Shown in pieces: positions 1 to 14,300 of a stretch of 64,000 bases of DNA. The notes beneath the pieces are model-generated. The model was not told the DNA's origin. It saw only the letters and a list, made by a program, of their open reading frames with translations, and did no database searches. Source of the stretch: Antedon mediterranea (taxonomy: Eukaryota > Animalia > Echinodermata). Position numbers and translations under genes: made by a program. The stretch spans positions 18,028,795 to 18,092,794 of the forward strand of contig NC_092670.1 of assembly GCF_964355755.1 (NCBI RefSeq), read 5' to 3'. Position 1 is the first letter of the stretch. The number at the start of each line of letters is the position of its first letter.

Positions 1-304
1 AAACAAATAAATAGACACAATTATTTATGTAGTCAACCAAAATTAGCACCTAGAAACTTGTCACAAAATGAGTCGAAATTTGTTATTTGAACTCATTTAA
101 GCAAACCCAATTTTGTTAAATTATTCTTTATATTTCTTTATTATCCAATCAGTAACGAAATATTTTTTTTATAGGCCTATAAATAATATACCACTAAATA
201 GAGTAAAACATTTCCGATTTAATAATTTATTAAAACTGTCACTGTCTCATGGTCGATTGAAATAGTAAAGTACATTTAAAGACCACTAATACGTTTATAT
301 TTTT

Positions 305-430
305 GTAATTATTAATTAATACAAACGTTGAGAAACAACTGACAGTAATAAAGTATATTATGTGTTTATAATCTAAAAGTAGGAGCTACCCACACTCACA
401 GTGATAACGTTTATTAGTATATTTGTTTAT
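305..430. repeat. Dispersed repeat with an inverted copy at ~50850-50975
   Basis: attaattaatacaaacgttgagaa.caactg.cagtaata and acccacactcacagt.ataa both occur reverse-complemented in the 50870-50975 region. Confidence 0.6.
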
Positions 431-2206
431 ATTCTAACAGTACCAACACACTTTTGATTCAAATGGCAATCAAAAGTGGTTAATACCTATTTCCAGTATT
501 GTATAGCATTACAATACTATTTCTGTTTATTCTCCAAGGGTCTATAAATTTACCTACTTGTGTTAAACCATGGAGGTATGCAATAATTTGGAATGTTCCA
601 TTCATTGCAAATCAATACATTTCTATAAACGTATATTAAATCTATCAAAATAGTATTTTTTAAAGAAAATCGGCCTGTCTTCAACATTATGATGCTGTAC
701 TCGAGCTGTTCAACCGGTTTTCAGTCATTAAAAACAGTTATCTTAGGAGGAGATAGGAAAATGCGAAGCATCCTCGTATTATTGTTTGCGGGTATTTTTC
801 ACAATGGACATGTATTAGACAGTGTATACCACGATCGGAAAACATCCCTATTTGGGGCAAATCGTTGAACCTAAATTCGTTTTAATTGTCAATAACTAAT
901 TATCTGACTCAATTTAATTAGTAAAAAGGGTTACATCAGGTGGTTAAAATCAGTACCGAAAGTACGAACCAACTTTATATACCATCGAGTAAACATTATA
1001 GAAGTAAGGCGCGATTTACCGAATTTTGCCCTTACGTAAATTTATATATAGATATATAAGTTAGTATAGTTTCATATTTATTATCTTGCAGTATTATAAA
1101 AAACTGTTTTTAGTAAATTTTCGATTCTTTCATGCATAGGCCTACCATTAAAATAATTTGTTTATATTTTTAAAGGGTGCCACAGTTGTAAAGCTTTGCT
1201 TGATCGTGGTTGCCCTATTCCTTTTCATATTATTGCATTTGTTTTAAAATTGTTAAGTTAAAAATTATGATTTGGAATAAAGTGAAGGAAAAATTCAAAA
1301 AAGAGAGATTAAAGTTTTCCATAGTATGTTATTGAGGCATTCGGAGTCCCAAACCCTTCCTTATGATTGTAAGCCTGTATTAGCACTTATTTCCTGAGAT
1401 GGGCAAGAGCTTAGTTTGATAGCAGTGTTGCAGCAAACTGTTAAAAATAGATCAGGCAAAGATCTTTTACAATTATTAAGGTATACAAGGTGTGTCATGA
1501 GATTGGGAAAGTGGGGGAAGAAGGAAGTGAAACAATTGAAAGTTTTAGGCAACGTGGCCGCATGCTCGCTAAAGCCGTGTAGCATGGAGCCATCAACCTG
1601 CAGTATAATAACCTTCTCACAGCATAGTAGAATCTCAATAGTATTATTTTGAACAAGACAAAATCAGGTCATATTGTGGTATGTTGTAAATATCAAGTAA
1701 ATTTCATGCAAATTATGAGTAACTTGAGGTAACAGACACAACTTACCATTAAAAAACAATGTATAATGACAATATTGAGAATACAGAATTATTTTATAAT
1801 TTTAATGGCGTCATCTGTAAAATTGAGGAACTTAAAATAAAGGTCATAGTGTGTATAATATCAAGCGTCCTCTACTTCTATGGTTTTCTTGTAACGAAAT
1901 TCTTAAATGTGAGTACAATGCATACATTTAATGTAAAACGACAAGCTGAATTTGTTTGTTTTTAACCATGAAGATATAAAAAAGTTTTATTGTGCAAATC
2001 TGCTGCTTATATACATTACATGTGTCTAATATAATATTTTTTTTACGTTGTTAACCATGACATGTTTCTAGACTTTTTAATGTTGTCCAATAAAATGTTT
2101 TGAGCCTTGAAATGAAACTTAGATGAAAATCAGATCTCTTAAAAAATTGTAGAAAAATTGGCGACTGAAAAAATTCTAAACATTAATATTTCTTAAGCAA
2201 ACTTAC

Positions 2207-2333
2207 TTTAGTAATTCTGAGTTGTCCTCGTATGCACTCGTCAGGTCATGTGATGGCGGGCGGTCTGTGGTGTCAACCGCTAAAAAGATGTTACCATCTT
2301 CCAGATCTGGGTCAGCAAACATACTCACAGATG
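2207..2333 (-). CDS. HS1BP3: Distal HS1BP3 coding exon (exon 6)
   Basis: Acceptor cttacAG and donor GTAAGT. It starts in phase 1, matching the exon ending at 29158, and encodes ASVSMFADPDLEDGNIFLAVDTTDRPPSHDLTSAYEDNSELL, similar to HS1BP3 LFDDPDL..KELF. Confidence 0.75.
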
Positions 2334-5300
2334 CTGTAAGATATAATGTACCAAACCAAATAATAATTGTGTTAGATACTTCTTTAATCTATACAAAATC
2401 ACTTCCTTTTCAGTGCTGACGTATCCTCACGTATAACAATATTATTTGTTCAGTATTATAGGAAAATTCCTTAAATATAGCATATTATTTTGGCGCCTGT
2501 ATGATGGAAGTTTAGGTTAAGGGCTTGGGTTTATGATACAAAGGGCATGTGGCGCATTGTGTTGGACATTGGATTACTGATTGTGAGATCGTGAGAATCC
2601 AACTATCGCTGCATCGCTTATATCCTTAGGCAAGACACTTTACTTTGCCTCTCTCCACCCAGGTGTATAAATGGGTAACCGGTTAATTCAAGACAACTTA
2701 GCGCTGATTACTAGCTGCATTATTGGAGCATGTTTCCATAAATGTTCGATAAAAAAAAAAACCAGGATAATAATGTGAAGCACTTAGTAGCATTGTGCAA
2801 TAAGCCCAATATAATAATGAAGAACGAATACAGATATCACATGTGAAACACATGTGCTGCTGTATCATAGTAGTTGGATTGGATGGCAACTTAATATCTA
2901 TTGTGATCAACAGATAATAAAATCTGTGAGCATGAAATGAAGATTATCTGCAGCCTACAACAGAGAGTTAGTCCACTAGGCATTCATCTATTAAAAGACT
3001 GAAACTCTTTTCATCATCTATATAATTTATTTATTGTTTTGACAGTTAACTTAAAGGGATGACAAGTGTCAGCACTCATAGGATAGCAACAAACTGTCAA
3101 GGGTATACAAATAAATTGAAAAAGTAAATTGTCTATCTAAAAAAATCACAATAGACACAATCCGGAAATAAACTAGATGATTGTGATTTACTTTTAAACC
3201 AACTACTAAAATAAAGCTCATTAATAACATCAAAGATAAACATGGAAAAAAAACTAGGACATATGATGGAATAGCCATCTTTTTTAATTCTGCTTGATGA
3301 TCCTTCAAAACTGTTTACTTTAGACATTGATTGTGAGTCAAATTACTATATGATTAAGCTCTGTCTACACTATCCAACTAGTTTGACAAAAAAGTGTGAT
3401 GTGCCCAAATATGGTAGTGATATGCCCAAATATGGTATCACCCTGTTCATATATGGGCACATCAAATTTTTTGTCAAGCTAGTTTGATAGTGTAGACAGA
3501 GCTTTACGCTTCACAATTTCTTTACCTACTATCACAGAAAAAGGATGAAATTATTTCCAGGCCCGTAGCCAGGGGGGGGTTTTTATGGTTCGGGCGAACC
3601 CCCCCCTTTACAGCGAACCTCCCTTAACCGACTGCGAACTCCCATCCCCGACATGCCCAATACCTCACCCTCATCTCCGAAAATCGTCCAAATACGTGCC
3701 CCACAGTACAAAAAGTTGTTCGTAAATTAAAAAATTCGTAAACTCGTTCGGAATAACTCATACAGTACCTTCTTCCCTGTATGAGCGTACTTCGAGCGAT
3801 ATAGTCTGTAAAGAGTTGCAAATGAATTGCCGATTTTAACCTGAAAAATAAATGTTTGGTCCCTGCATGTAACATGATATTGACGTGTCTCACAGCGAGC
3901 TGGGGGACGAACGATTCGTACAAAGGACACCGCCAGACAACTGCGTACCAATTGTTTAGATCACTGGCAGTCAGGCAGCATGCATAAAGTATATAGCCTT
4001 CCGACATACATCAGTATTTATGTGTGGCTATGAAGTATAATGTATCAGAGGATTATAGTGAATATTAATATTTTACACTATAATATCTATGGTATCATGT
4101 GCTGTAGTTCACATTATGGCATCCGATTATTTTTTTCTAGACCACCAGCCGATACGTACTCAAATGTATCAATATCACCTATTTACATTGGCATATTTAA
4201 TTTCCTCAACAAATTGCTGTAAATAAATATTATAGATAGAGCTATAATAAGAATTGCATTTGCCTTCACCCAGTGTGCTTTTTTCGGGGCTTCTCCTAGA
4301 CGTACGTTCGCATTGAACTTGAACGCAAAACAAAATATCGAGTAAATGATCAAACAATCGGCGGTTTCGCACAGAGCACGCGCATCTAACATACGGCAAC
4401 AAATGTTATCGTTTAAATAGTCCACGAGTCCAAGTACGATCGTTTTGCTCATTGGTAGCATGCTGCATGAGAGTGTCTTTTCCGGCCATCTAGGGGTGTC
4501 ATTTAACAAAATTTGCTTCGCCTCTGGGGGGGGGGGTAGGTATGGGGGTGGGGCTGACCCAAATACTTAGTGTGCGAACCCCCCCCCCCCCCCCCCCCCT
4601 TGACAGATCCTGGCTACGGCCCTGATTTCAACATAACATTAGTTTAAACTTCCTCAGTTTTACATGTCCGGTTTCATTTAATACAGCTGTATGCACAATA
4701 GACCATTGAGATTCATATTAAATGTTAATATGCACTTAATACATTTTATATCATAAAACACTACTGGGCGGTAGCAGTATTAATTATTATGATCGCTGTT
4801 AAAAATTTAAAAATATGGGAATGTTCATGCAAGTAAATGGGATAGAATAATATGGCAAGCACTAAAGCATCAAATTTAAATGACTAAAAAAAGGATTATT
4901 TTTCCTGATTTTTTTGTACTACTGTAGCAAAAAAAAGTTTTGACACGAAAACAAAAATAATAATATTACCAAGAAGAGCAAATGTTTTATAATGAATAAT
5001 GTAAATGAGAATAATAAAGGTGGGTGATACCCACAAAGGGAAAAAACTGTTTTGACACGCTAGTTTTTACATGGTGATGTAAACGTGATAAAAAAACTCA
5101 TTAGAAAGATGTACGCATACGCAATAATACATACACCGATTTGTCTTGTTATATCAATGTAACACAGAAATACTTTCACGCAATAATCGTACGAAGGTAA
5201 CAACTGGTTACATTTTGTAAGATTAATGTACGTGTGAATCGTGTGTAAAAAAAATCTACTATTTGTTTTCAGAATTGCTTGCAAAAAAGGTATTTCTCAA

Positions 5301-8300
5301 GTGAGCTATTCACAGTAAATAAAAATCAATTTGTTGATAGGTATAATGATGATTACCTACAGCAGGCTCCTAAGGGGATACACAATTCTAATACTTTGTC
5401 TTTTAATCATTTTTAATCTAAGTTTTATTTTAAACATTAATGATATTCAATTCAATCGCAGATATGTAGTGACAAAACTGTATATCTTCTAAATAAGGAA
5501 TCGGGTCTGGTGGTTGGATATCAATTACTAGTACATGAAGTGAATACAGTGCCCATTAAATGAGATTTCGTCATCGTCTTGATGCGAATGTAGAATTTTC
5601 TTTAAGTTAAACTTTTTTAAAAATCACAAAAACAAAAATACTGCATATTTTAGACAATTCAGATTACTGTATATAAAAAAATTTTAAGAAAATAATCCTG
5701 ACATGATTCAACATCGCATTACATTTTATTCAATATATTTGACTTAAAACATTGAAACGTATGATATATTAAAATATACTACTGAAATTATTATCTGAAA
5801 CGAATAGAATAACGAGATACAATTTTATATTATACATACATATATTTTATTGTACACTCATAATAATTAGTAATATAATAGTATCTACTTACTATAATTT
5901 TATAATTATATATACAGAAAAAAGGGTATATATAAATATACAATCATGATAAATTGCAATAAATATAATAGATACAGTATATTGTAAGCCTACTTTAGTT
6001 GTATCTTGTAAATGTATATGATACAGAAACAAATAGTATTAGAGCTTGACTCCAACTTGGACGTAACGGCAGGATTGACTGATCACAAAGCGATGGACCA
6101 TTCAAACTGTCACATGGGAACCAAGCTTAACGGCATGCAGTATTGTAAAGCTCTGTCTACACTATCAAACTAGTTTGACAAAAAAAGTGTGATGTGCCCA
6201 AATATTGTAGTTATATGCCCAAATATGGTAGTGATATGACATCATCATGTCCATATATGGGCACATCACATTTTTTTGTCACATAAAGTTTGATAGTGTA
6301 GACAGAGCTTAATAAATAATTTCATAAACTGTAGCCAGGTAAACGATCAAAGTATGATTGTATTTCATACATTCAGATCACTTTTTTTTATAATTTTCAT
6401 GTAATTATAGATTATTTATACAATTATAATATTATATATATAATTCATCATGAAAATATAGTAAGCATAATCTATATACGTGTATAAATTTACGTAAGGG
6501 CATATTTACAAATCCTAATTAAATAATATATATTGAAAAATTCACATGAAGTTCAATTTTATGTACAATAAAACCTCATTAAGCGAGGGAGGGGGGAGGG
6601 GGGGGGTGGAAATGGGGTGATGGGTGTATGAGTAAAATGGCCTAAGTGGGTATTTCTTTAAAATGCAGTATATTAACTGTAAAACAAACAATATTAAAAA
6701 AGGAAAATAAATGGTAAGAATGACCAGAATAGTAGTAATGAGAAGTTTATTTTTCACAAATAACATACATCATCACATAGTCATCTGGAGTCGTCATCAA
6801 TTACCATCAACACATACCATGTCATAAACTGCAACATTTAAATCTTCATCACCACCATTGTCAATATATACAAGCTAATGTTAAGTTTTGTTGCTGATCA
6901 TGAACATATAGCCATTCTTAAGCGTGGTTCCCACTAGAACGCAACGTAACGCAGCGACGTATCGACGCAAAGTGTTGTATTGCGTAATCAGTGGGAACCG
7001 ACGATGCACTAGTGCTGCAAACATCGTAGGTTTGATTTCACGCAGGCAGGGGCAAACACAATTATTAGAAGGGCATTTTCTTAAGTTGCGTAGATTGTGT
7101 TACGTTGCATCGCTAGTGGGAACCAAGCTTTAAAATTAACATACTGTTTTGTGTACTATGTCAATGTGCAAATATAATAGTTATTTTACACGCAATCCAA
7201 AAAGTTAAATGTATTTATTCTGATCCTCAAGCTTAACTGTAAATTATGAGAAAATTCAGATTAAGCTCCCAACAGACACGGCAGCCAGCAGTGCAGCGAC
7301 CAGGAGACAATTCCCTACTTTCGAATAGTGTACCAAGCTATGTACACAAGACGGAAACGGCTAAGCATCTTAAAATATAAGAATGTTACAATATTTTTTG
7401 CAACAGTTTTGTTCACTCAAAGTGGCAGTCCAGTACACAAGACAAATATATACATGCTCTACATAAACAAAGCCTTAATATAATACAGCTGGTTTTGTCA
7501 TGAGAATACATGATTAATAAATATAAAAAATTATATAATTATTTCTTCATCCATTCATCATTTTATCAAACTCACTTTCTCCAGATCACTAGCCTGGCAT
7601 TCATACTTCTAGACCACTGAGCTTGTGCTGATGCCCAAGTAAGCAGTGGGTACTGCCCCAGCAGGATCATAATTTTATAGCTTTGCGTCTGGGAGTTGAG
7701 TAATTGGTCAGATGTTTGCCCTACTCCTACTTATATATAGAAATATAATGTTTCTTAAAATTCATATGAAAGACAGAAAGAGATATATATACACAATTTT
7801 TTTCGCAAATTGTAATGCAAAAGATAGGACATCAAATTAAGCTCAGCTATTCATTTCACTATTGTTAGCCCTTTGGGCTCCCCTATTTCAAAATCCTGTG
7901 TCCGCCACTGATGCCGTTCCATAGACGTGGACCAGAAAGGGATATGAAGTGAACACACTTGCTTTTCCTTTCCTTTAAACAGCAATATTAATCAAATCTC
8001 AGATGCAGTGAATAAGCCAAGCTTTTTTACAATGCATACATCTGAAAGAAAACGGAAACAAATTTAATCAACATTTAGATAAATCAAGGACACAAACTAA
8101 AAGGAATAGATTAAAATCAAAATTGCTAATATAGTAGCAAACATTTACTACTACTAAAAGCTTTGTATTTTGTTTTTATATTTAAAATAAGAGTTAGGCA
8201 AAACCATAGAGATATTAAACAAATAAATTTATTACAAGGAAATATTTCTCATATTTTACTAAACTCACCAATTAATGTTTAAAGTCTTTTTATTTTGTGC

Positions 8301-11300
8301 ATTACAATTTTTTGTGAAAATATAGGTTTTATGTTTAGCCATTAACAATGTACAACTACTTCAACTTATTTATGGTTTAAAAAAAAATAAAATATTTGCT
8401 TTTAACAAAATAGTATGTAAAACCATTTCTAATTTATTGCCTGACATGTAGTAAATTTTATTTTCAAAAAACAAACCAAATTCAATAAATTTACCTTTTT
8501 AAAAAAAAAAACGGTTCACTTTAAAAGTTTAAAACTCATACAGGAGACGAAATAGAAGTCATTTGCGTTCTTGTAATACTGTTGTAGCACTTACGGTCCA
8601 GTCGTCGGCGACACCTACCAAAGATCATATCCATAAAAGCGTGTCGAAACTTCTTTGACATCATATTATACAGAATTGGATTTATCATGGCACTTATGTA
8701 TAAGAAGGTGATGGATAGAGGGTAACAGTATTTATAATAGAAGTTCACTACAGAGTCTGACCAGTTCTCGAAGCCAAATATGGGCGAAACGCGGATGAGA
8801 TGATACGGTAACCAACAGATTAGGAAACAGATCGCAACAATCGCTGAAAATATAAAAATTACAAGTTTATACAATATTGTAAAAAACTAACAATATTTTA
8901 AAATCAAATTGGAATATTGATTATTTAAACATCCTTCTTCAAAGTTAAGTTAAAATAAAGTATGACATTCACTAATTTTATGCTGTGACTATTTCCCAGA
9001 AACTGTACAGTTACTGCATCAAATTGCAGTAAATTGATATACTGTAGGTATGCAGTAACTGCAGTAAATAAGTATGTAGTTACTTACAGTAAATACACAT
9101 ATGTATGCAGTTAATGCATCAATTGCAGAAAAATAACATATCGTATGTACAGTAATTGCAGTAAAGTGACATAATGCAGTCACTGCAGTAATTTCAGTAA
9201 ATCGACCCATTTGTATGTACTGTAGTCACTGCAGTATTTGCAGTAATTGACACATCCATATGCAATCACTGCAGTAATTGCAGTAAAATGACACATACAT
9301 ATGCAGTAATTACTGCAGTAATTGCAGTAAAATGAAAAAATGCGTACCAAGAAGTTTAACGACCTGACGTCTTAACACATCTACTTTGTCGTCTTCTTGT
9401 ATTTTATCAGTGTGTTTAATTTTGTTTGAGGGACGCAAGGCAGATGACCTCCTCAAATTAATATTCATATACTTTCCACTCAGCGTCCTCGCGATCAACA
9501 TGTACAACACGGTCATTGTACTCATCGGCAGAACGAAGAGAAATACAGCGGACGCCATGTAAAAGTAGTTTAATAATAAATTCACGTCAGTTTTGGTGGT
9601 GCAAACTTTAGATTCTGAAACACCTGGAATGAAAGTTACGACCTCATATGCTAACAGAAGCGGACTTGATATGGTATAACCTATGATCCATATAGGAATG
9701 ATCACCTTCTTTGTACGATTTTTTGAGAGGATGCTCTTCGCTTTGATAGGATGACAAATTGCAACGTAGCGTTCGATCGTAACGGCCGTAATACACATTA
9801 TCGTACAGTATGTTGCCGAGTCGATGATGTAGTAATGACCAACGCAGAAGAATGTCCCGAAAATCCATGGACGGTACTGTACAGCTGAAAAGATCTCTCG
9901 TGGTCCAGTTAACGTTACCAAAACCAAATCGGAGACAGCTAGACACAAGAGATAATAATTAATTGACGTTTGTAAACTTTTCGTTCTTAGTATTACGGAA
10001 ATTGTTAACGCGTTGCCGATTAATCCTGCTATGCAAAGAATACCGACAACAAGTACGTAAAAAATCATTTCATTCTTCCCGTTTGTTTTTGGCCCAACCA
10101 AACCATTTAAAATAACATCAGTTGCGTCATACATACATTTTGACGTGTCTAAGTCAGAAGTGATCCATAAATCTGGATCATGAGCGCTGGAATTAACATG
10201 GCACATGTCACCGAAATCAGAAGTGCATGGTTCGAGTGAATCCTGAACATTGTAATAGACATCTAACACAGCTGCAGATGTGTTTAGTCTTTTTACTGTT
10301 TCGCATAGGTAGTTTAAGCTGTGTATATACTTGTCAAATACGGTATCTGTCATTGTTATCAGCTGACTTGAATAAGACACACTAAATGGTCACCAACTAA
10401 TTCAGCAACAAATTGTCACAATCATTTCAGTTCTAAAAAAAAAAATAATTTAAATATGAAAAATTGATTTTATATTTACAAGCTGTATTTATTAATTTAG
10501 TTTTAGTGTAAATAATATTGGATGAAAAATGGATGAATCAATCAATTCAAATCTTTATCTCATTTTTTTCCAAGAATGATGAAAACTTCAGCACATTCAG
10601 AAATAGCGCGAGTTCACAGTGCCTGTATGGATGCCCTACTTTGTTCAACAATATTTACTTGATTGTCCGATTAAATTGTTGTGATTGGGAACACTTTATT
10701 GGCAACACTTTATTGGCAACACCGTGTCACACGTAGCACAAAAGTCAATTAATTAATCCTTTTTTAACATACTAATCTTGAAAACCATAATTACTCAATT
10801 TCAGATGCGAAAGCTGTCAAATTCTAATGATATATAATTGATAAATGTGGTACTGTTATACAAAATCTCCGGAGACTCAAGGCGTCAAATGAAACTTGAA
10901 CGAACGTGCCATTACCCAAAAAGTCTTCCTTGCATGTGTACCTTCATTTAACTGACATCCTATTAGATAAATAGTTTTTGGAAAAGGCATGTTTCGGAAT
11001 CATAATTTATTATGTACATTTTCAATATGAAACAAACACATTGTGAATAAAAAAAATCACAACATACATCAGATTCTAATTTAGATAAGGCGAATTATTG
11101 GATAATTTTTGACAATCAAAACACGGCCAGTAAGTTTTGGAATATTTTTTTATGACGATATGATTGAAAGACTAAAATCATTACCAACTAATAATAGATG
11201 AAAATTTACTACATTAAGTCAGCACTGTAATATAAATAATTATTTAGTGTTAGCAGACTTAACATATTTTCGAGAAAGTATGTCAACTTTTAAGTGTCGT

Positions 11301-14300
11301 ACATTCACATCATATCAATTTTTTTATTACAGTATTGTTATCCTATTACGCAGTATAACCTATAGCAATTACTATAATACCTGTTTTTAACAGCATTTCA
11401 TGCAATTTTTTTTCAAATTTGTTTTTAGTATCAAATTTTTACATTTAACCTAGCAGTAGAACAAAAGCTTGGTTTGCACTGCAACGCTTCACCGGATAGC
11501 GCAACGCATCAATTTTGACCAATTACAGGCGACAGTTCAGATGATCTGTCACTTGTTATTGGTGGAATTGCGTTCAAGTGAGAACTAAGCATAATGCAGG
11601 AAATGGGAGTTTATTATTCTACTGCAACTACTGCAGTAGCTACACTTTGTTTAAACTGCTTATTTTTTAATTTCTTTCCTTTATTTCGGATAGTATAGTA
11701 TATCCACATACAAAACATACTGTACAAGACAACAAATGTCACCTAGAAATTAACAATATTTTATAAAAAACAGACCTAAATATCCTAAAATATAATTTGC
11801 ACTATCTCATAAACTTACAAAATGTAGTCACTGCAGTACTGAACAGTAGAAGTAATCTCGACACGATCCCTATCGTAAACCATTTTTATAATTTTGCTTT
11901 ATAAACATCACAATAAAATGTATTTTCTCTTTGAAAATCTTGTTTATTTATTTCATGAATATGTTATCATAACCTTTATCTGAATTAAGAATGAATGCAA
12001 ATCCATTTCATTATAAACAACAACATAAAATACAAAGATAATGTCCAAGATTGCTAATTTGTAAGTCCAAAATGACCATTAAATCAAAATAAGTAATAGG
12101 TTACGTTCTCAGAAAGCATTTAAAGTAAATGCCAGACTATTATATTTAAAAAAATGAGGTATTATCATCCACCATAACAATTCATTACAGTATGTACAAT
12201 GATAAATGAATTAAAGGTTCACATTCACATTGTATTCTGAGACAGTTCAACAAAATGAAAAGAATAGTGAAGATTTTACCTGTTGTGTTGTAAGCTGTGG
12301 TCATTGACTAAGAGGTCTTGTGCAGTAGTAAGAGGGCTTTGGTTCAAATCCATTCAGGGAATATATTTACTTAATGCACAATTTCATTGATGGTCATTGA
12401 TTGAAATTGAATGACCATTTTGAAATTACCTTAATTTTAGCTGTTATTCATAGATACTGTTATATATACAGTAACTGGAATCAGGGGTGGATTCAAGTCG
12501 ATTTCGATAAATTTATGTAAATGATAGGACATCAAATTATATTCAGCACTTCATTTCACCATTTTTATGCCCTATTTCAAAATCCTGGGTCCTGGAAAAT
12601 GCTGACTCTTAATTTTAATTGTAACATAGTGCTTCTTTATGTTGGCAAATTTTATGAATCTGTTTTTTTAATGTAATTTAATATGTATTTTTTATTAATA
12701 AAAATACTAGTAAACATATTTTAATGAATAAATGATGAGACAGGGTTCTCTTAGCTTAATGTATTATTATCTGATCAAAGTAAAAACAATTTTTATTTAT
12801 TTTTCATATTTTCTGAATTATTTCTGTTAGCCTCATGGGCTTATACTAAGTTTCTATCTACCTACTAATCCTCATCAATAAGCTATTGGTTTAAAACTTT
12901 TTCTAGGCATTTAGACTAGAATTATATTATTACCCCCCACCATGAACAAGGTAACTTAATGCTTAACCTGTAACCCCAACCATGAACAAATCACAGATAT
13001 GACAATTCTAATAAACTTATTACAGATACCGTTACAGCTACAATATCAACTTACAGTTTGTGATTTTTTTTTGCACATTCAAAAATTATACTATTCTACC
13101 ATACCAACTGAACCACCAAATCAGCCAATGCATTTACCAACAAACAAACCAAACACACACAACTAACCAACTAATACCAGACACACCTACTAAACCACCT
13201 AACCAGTCAACACATCTACCAATAAACTAACCAACACACAAACCAACACACACAACTAACCAACTAATACCAGACACACCTACTAAACCACCTAACCAGT
13301 CAACACATCTACCAATACTAACCAACACACACAACTAACCAACTAATACCAGACACACCTACTAAACCACCTAACCAGTCAACACATCTACCAATACTAA
13401 CCAACACACACAAACCAACACACACAACTAACCAACTAATACCAGACACACCTACTAAACCACCTAACCAGCCGACACATCTACCAACAAAAAAACCAAC
13501 ACACACAACTAACCAACTAATACCAGACACACCTACTACACCACCTAACCAGCCAACACATCTACCAACAAACTAGCCAACACACAACAAACCAACTAAT
13601 ACCAGACACACCTACTACACCACCTAATCAGTCAACATATCTACCAAAAACTAACCAACCAATACCTGAATCATCTACGGTACTAAACCACTAACACATT
13701 AAACCAAAGAACCAACCACCAATACCAAACCACCTAACCAACACATCTGTACAATCCAATACAAAAAAACCAAACCAAACCAGCAACAGACCAACACAAG
13801 ATGATGATTCCACAGTAATAAGCTGGGACAAACGTTTTGCATTGCAACATGTGGAATGACTAGCAAAGGAAAATTAATAGTCCACAAGTACAGTAAAATG
13901 CTAATGCCATTTCATCCAACATCTATTATATTCATTTGTCTATTTATTTAAAAAGTTTGTAGCAAATTTTGTGAGATAAGACGCATATAAATGCCCACTT
14001 TCTGTCATTTGCCTTTTGCATGGCTTACTGTAGTACATGCCAATTTCAATGTCCAAAATGAGCATTAAATCAAAATAAAAGAAAGAGAAAATAGAAGATT
14101 TTTCCAGATAAACATTTAAAGTAATGCTCTACTATATTTGATAAAAGATGCTGCTTATGTCTGGATTCCACGTCCATTACATTATTTTTCGGCCCAATTT
14201 GATTGGGTCATATCTTGTATCTTATATTTATATTACCTCTGATAACACTACCTAGTTTTAACTGATGATTTTCAAATCTCATAGCATATTTGTTTATACT

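Noticed and set aside
1361-1652. Overlapping 74- and 78-aa ORFs
   Set aside because: No recognisable motif and no convincing splice pair.
1747-1815. Next HS1BP3 exon (AG..GTAAGT-bounded segment)
   Set aside because: It gives an immediate stop in the required phase and has no similarity to the HS1BP3 C-terminus; the real exon is probably outside the window.
3624-4509. ORFs inside the hAT5-like element as a transposase
   Set aside because: They are short and overlapping, with no DDE, BED or dimerisation motifs.
10354-10380. GPCR start at 10380 as given in the ORF track
   Set aside because: That codon is GTG; the first in-frame ATG is at 10353.
13318-13887. Hydrophobic repetitive ORFs
   Set aside because: They are translations of the AC-rich tandem repeat.
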